Assembly: GCF_964213995.1 (NCBI RefSeq)
Contig: NW_027590120.1
Span: 1,550,001-1,614,000 of the forward strand
Direction: 5' to 3'
DNA: 64,000 bases
Origin: Mustelus asterias
Lineage: Eukaryota
The stretch's first letter is position 1. Each line of letters starts with the position of its first letter. This document shows positions 61,230 to 64,000 of this stretch, piece after piece. A model generated the notes under the pieces. The model made no database searches and was not told where the DNA came from. It saw only the letters and a program-made list of their open reading frames with translations. The position numbers and the translations under genes are program-made.

Positions 61230-61735
61230 GATTGTGCAAACTCCGCACAAATAGTCACCTAAGACAGGAATCGAACCCGGGTCCCTGGCGCCTAGGGGTA
61301 GCAGTGGTAACCATTGTGCTACCATGCCGCCCCAATGACAATATGGCTGTAACATCGAGATTCGGATAATCGCGCACACTACCTCTCGCTATGAAGGCCA
61401 ACATGCCAAGTTGGTAAGAAACACAGCACAGTGGCACAGTGTTTAGCACTGTGGCCGCACAGTGCCAGGGGCCCGGGGTTCGATTCCCCGCTTGAGTGAC
61501 TGTGTGTGTGCAGTTTGTACATTATCCCTGTGTCTGCGTTGGTTTCTTCTGGGTTCTCTGGTTTCCTCCCACAGTCCGAAGTTATGAAGTTAGGTGGATT
61601 GGCCATGCTACATTGCCCCTTAGTGTCAAGGGGAATAGCTCGGGTAAATGCGTGGTTTTACGGGGATAGGGCCTGGATGGTATTGTGGTCGGTACAAACT
61701 CGATGGGCCGAATGGGCTCCTTCTGCACTGTAGGA
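61230..61735. mobile_element. Two HE1-type SINEs, head to head (61230-61332 -, 61425-61735 +)
   Basis: tRNA-like heads ggaatcgaacccgggtccctggcg (-) and gtggcacagtgtttagcactg...gggttcgattccc (+). Confidence 0.8.
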
Positions 61736-61769
61736 TTATATTATTCCATGAAACGAAATTAAATCATTA

Positions 61770-64000
61770 GCAAGAGGGGATATTGGGTCGGACGGCATAG
61801 AATCTGTGTGGTGGAGTTGAGGAATTGCAATTGGGAAAATGATCCGGATGGGAGTTATGAACAGGACCCCCAGCTGTCGTCAGTATGTCGGACAGAAAAT
61901 AAGTCAGGAGATAAAAAAGGCATGGAAGAAAGGCAATATTACAGTGAGCATGGGGGATTTCAATATGCAGGTGGACTGGGAAAGTGAAGTTGGTAGCGGA
62001 TCCGAAGATAAAAAAAATTGTGGAATGTTGATGCGATGTTTTTTTTTGGAGCAGGTTGTGCCAGAACAGGCACTTCTGTGTCTGGTAATGTGTAATGAGG
62101 CAATCTTGATCAGGGAACTTAAGTTGAAGGAACTCCTAAGGGGCATTGACAGCAATATGATTGAATTCACCTTTCAGTTTAAGGGGGAAACTTTGAAATC
62201 GGATAAAACGGTGCTACAATTGAGTAAAGGCAACTACAAGGCCGTAAGGGAGGAGCTGGCCAGATTTGCTTGGACAGGATGCCTAGCAGGAAAGACTGTG
62301 GAACAATCGTGGCAGAGATTTGGGGGGACAATTCAGAAGGCACATCATAAATGTATTGCAAGAAAGAGGAAGCATGTTAAGGGGACGACGAGGCCAGCAT
62401 GGCTGACAAGGGAAGACAGCAATAGCATAAAAGCAAAGGAAAGAGAATACCGTGAGGCGAGAAATAGTGGGAAGCCAGAGGATTGGGAATCCTTTAAAGG
62501 CAAGCAGAGGACTACTAGAAAAAAAACCAAAAAGGGTGAAAAGATGAAATATGATGATAAGCTCGCTAGTAATATCAAAGAAAATTGCATGAGTTTTTTC
62601 TTAGATATATAAAAGGTAAGAGAGAGTCAGGGATAGACTTTGGACAGCTGGAGAAGTAGTAATCGGGGACAAAAAATGACAAAGGAACAGAATGGATACT
62701 TTGTTTCAGTCTTCACGTTGGAAGACACCAGTAACATGCCGAAACTTCAAGAAGGTCAGGGGGCAGAAGTAAATGTAATGGCCATCACTAAAGAGAAGGG
62801 AAAGCAAGGGAAGCTGAAAGGTCTGAAGGTGTATGAATCACCAGGATTGAATTGACTACACCCCAGGATCTGAAGTGGATAGCTGAGGAGATTGTGGAGG
62901 CATTGGTGATGATCATTCAGGGATAACTGGAGCCAGGGAAAGTCCAAGAGGACTGGGATAATTCTAATGTAACACCCCTTTTTGAGAAGGAAGAGAGGCA
63001 GAAGATGGGAAATTATAGGCCGGTTAGCCTAATCTCGGTGGTGGGTAAGATCTTGGAGTCCATTATTAAGGAGGAAATTGCGGACTACTTGGAAATGCAT
63101 GGTAAAATAGGGCTGATTCAGCTTGGCTTCGTGAAGTGGAGGTCATGTCTGACAAATGTTTTTGAGTATTTTGAGGCGGGAATGAAGAAATTAGACAAAG
63201 GAGAGCCATTGGACGTGATTTATTTGGAGTTCCAGAAAGCCTTTGACAAGGTACCTTACATGAGGCTGCTAAATGAGCAAAAGCCAAATTTTATTGGAGG
63301 TAATGTACTGACATGGATAGAAGAGTGGCTGACAGTCATAAGGCAGAGAGTGGGGATAATGGGGTCCTAGGGTGACTGGTGGTGTTCCACAGAGGTCAGT
63401 GCTGTGACTCCAACTTTTCACGATATATATTAATGATCTGGAAGATGGAACTGAGGGCATGGTTGCTAAATTTGTGGATCACACAAAGATATGTAGAGGG
63501 ACAGGGAGTGTTCAGGACATGGGGAGGCTGCAGAATGACTTGGATAGGATAGGAGAATGGGCAAAGAAGTAGAAGATGGAATACAACGTTGGAAAGTGTG
63601 AGATTAATCACATTAGCAGGAAGAAGAGAAGCATAGAAAATCTTCTCGATTGGGAAAGGCTTCCGAAATCTGTGCACAAGTGGACTTAGGAGTCCGAGCT
63701 CAGGACTCTCTGATTGTTAACATGCAGGTTCAGTTGGCAGTTGAGAAGGCAAATTCAACATTTGCATTCATTTCTACAGGGCTAGAATATAAGATGAGGG
63801 ATGTGCTATTGAGGGTATATAGGGCTCTGGTCAGACTCTATTTGAAATCGTGTGAGCAGTTGTTGGCCCTATACCTTAGGAAGGATGCGCTGGCCTTGGA
63901 GGGGCACCAGGAGGTTCACAAGAATGATCGCAGGAATGAAGGGTTTTTCATATGAGGAGCGGTTGAAGAGTCTGCGCCTATACTCGATGGAGTTTAGAAG
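61770..64000 (+). mobile_element. Old CR1-group LINE ORF2 relic, runs off the window
   Basis: MGDFNMQVDW, GNYRPVSLISVVGKILES, YLEFQKAFDKVP and ALVRLYL fragments with many stops. Confidence 0.85.

Overview
This is eukaryotic DNA from a cartilaginous fish (shark-type HE1/V-SINEs, CR1 LINEs, Penelope-like elements), not a prokaryotic window. It is part of a T-cell receptor alpha/delta-type variable-gene region embedded in dense, nested retrotransposons. The + strand carries a decayed NAR-TCR-type cassette: leader (18875-18917), VNAR-like V (19063-19341) ending in a 12-spacer RSS, a NAR-type J (19729-19781) with a 23-RSS, and a leaderless supporting Vdelta with an extra CDR1 cysteine (23534-23836). 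That supporting V is followed by a tandem array of nine ~61-bp units, each built as a 23-spacer recombination signal sequence (23837-24386), the most unusual feature of the window. Five further TCR V segments lie on the - strand: one intact (49208-49670) and four pseudogenes. Also present are an intact two-exon GPR139/142-like GPCR with a 7-aa N-terminal repeat, C2H2 zinc-finger pseudogenes, and three palindromic Penelope-like insertions with target-site duplications, two of them carrying minimal hammerhead ribozymes. All coordinates were read by hand, and transposon boundaries are approximate.
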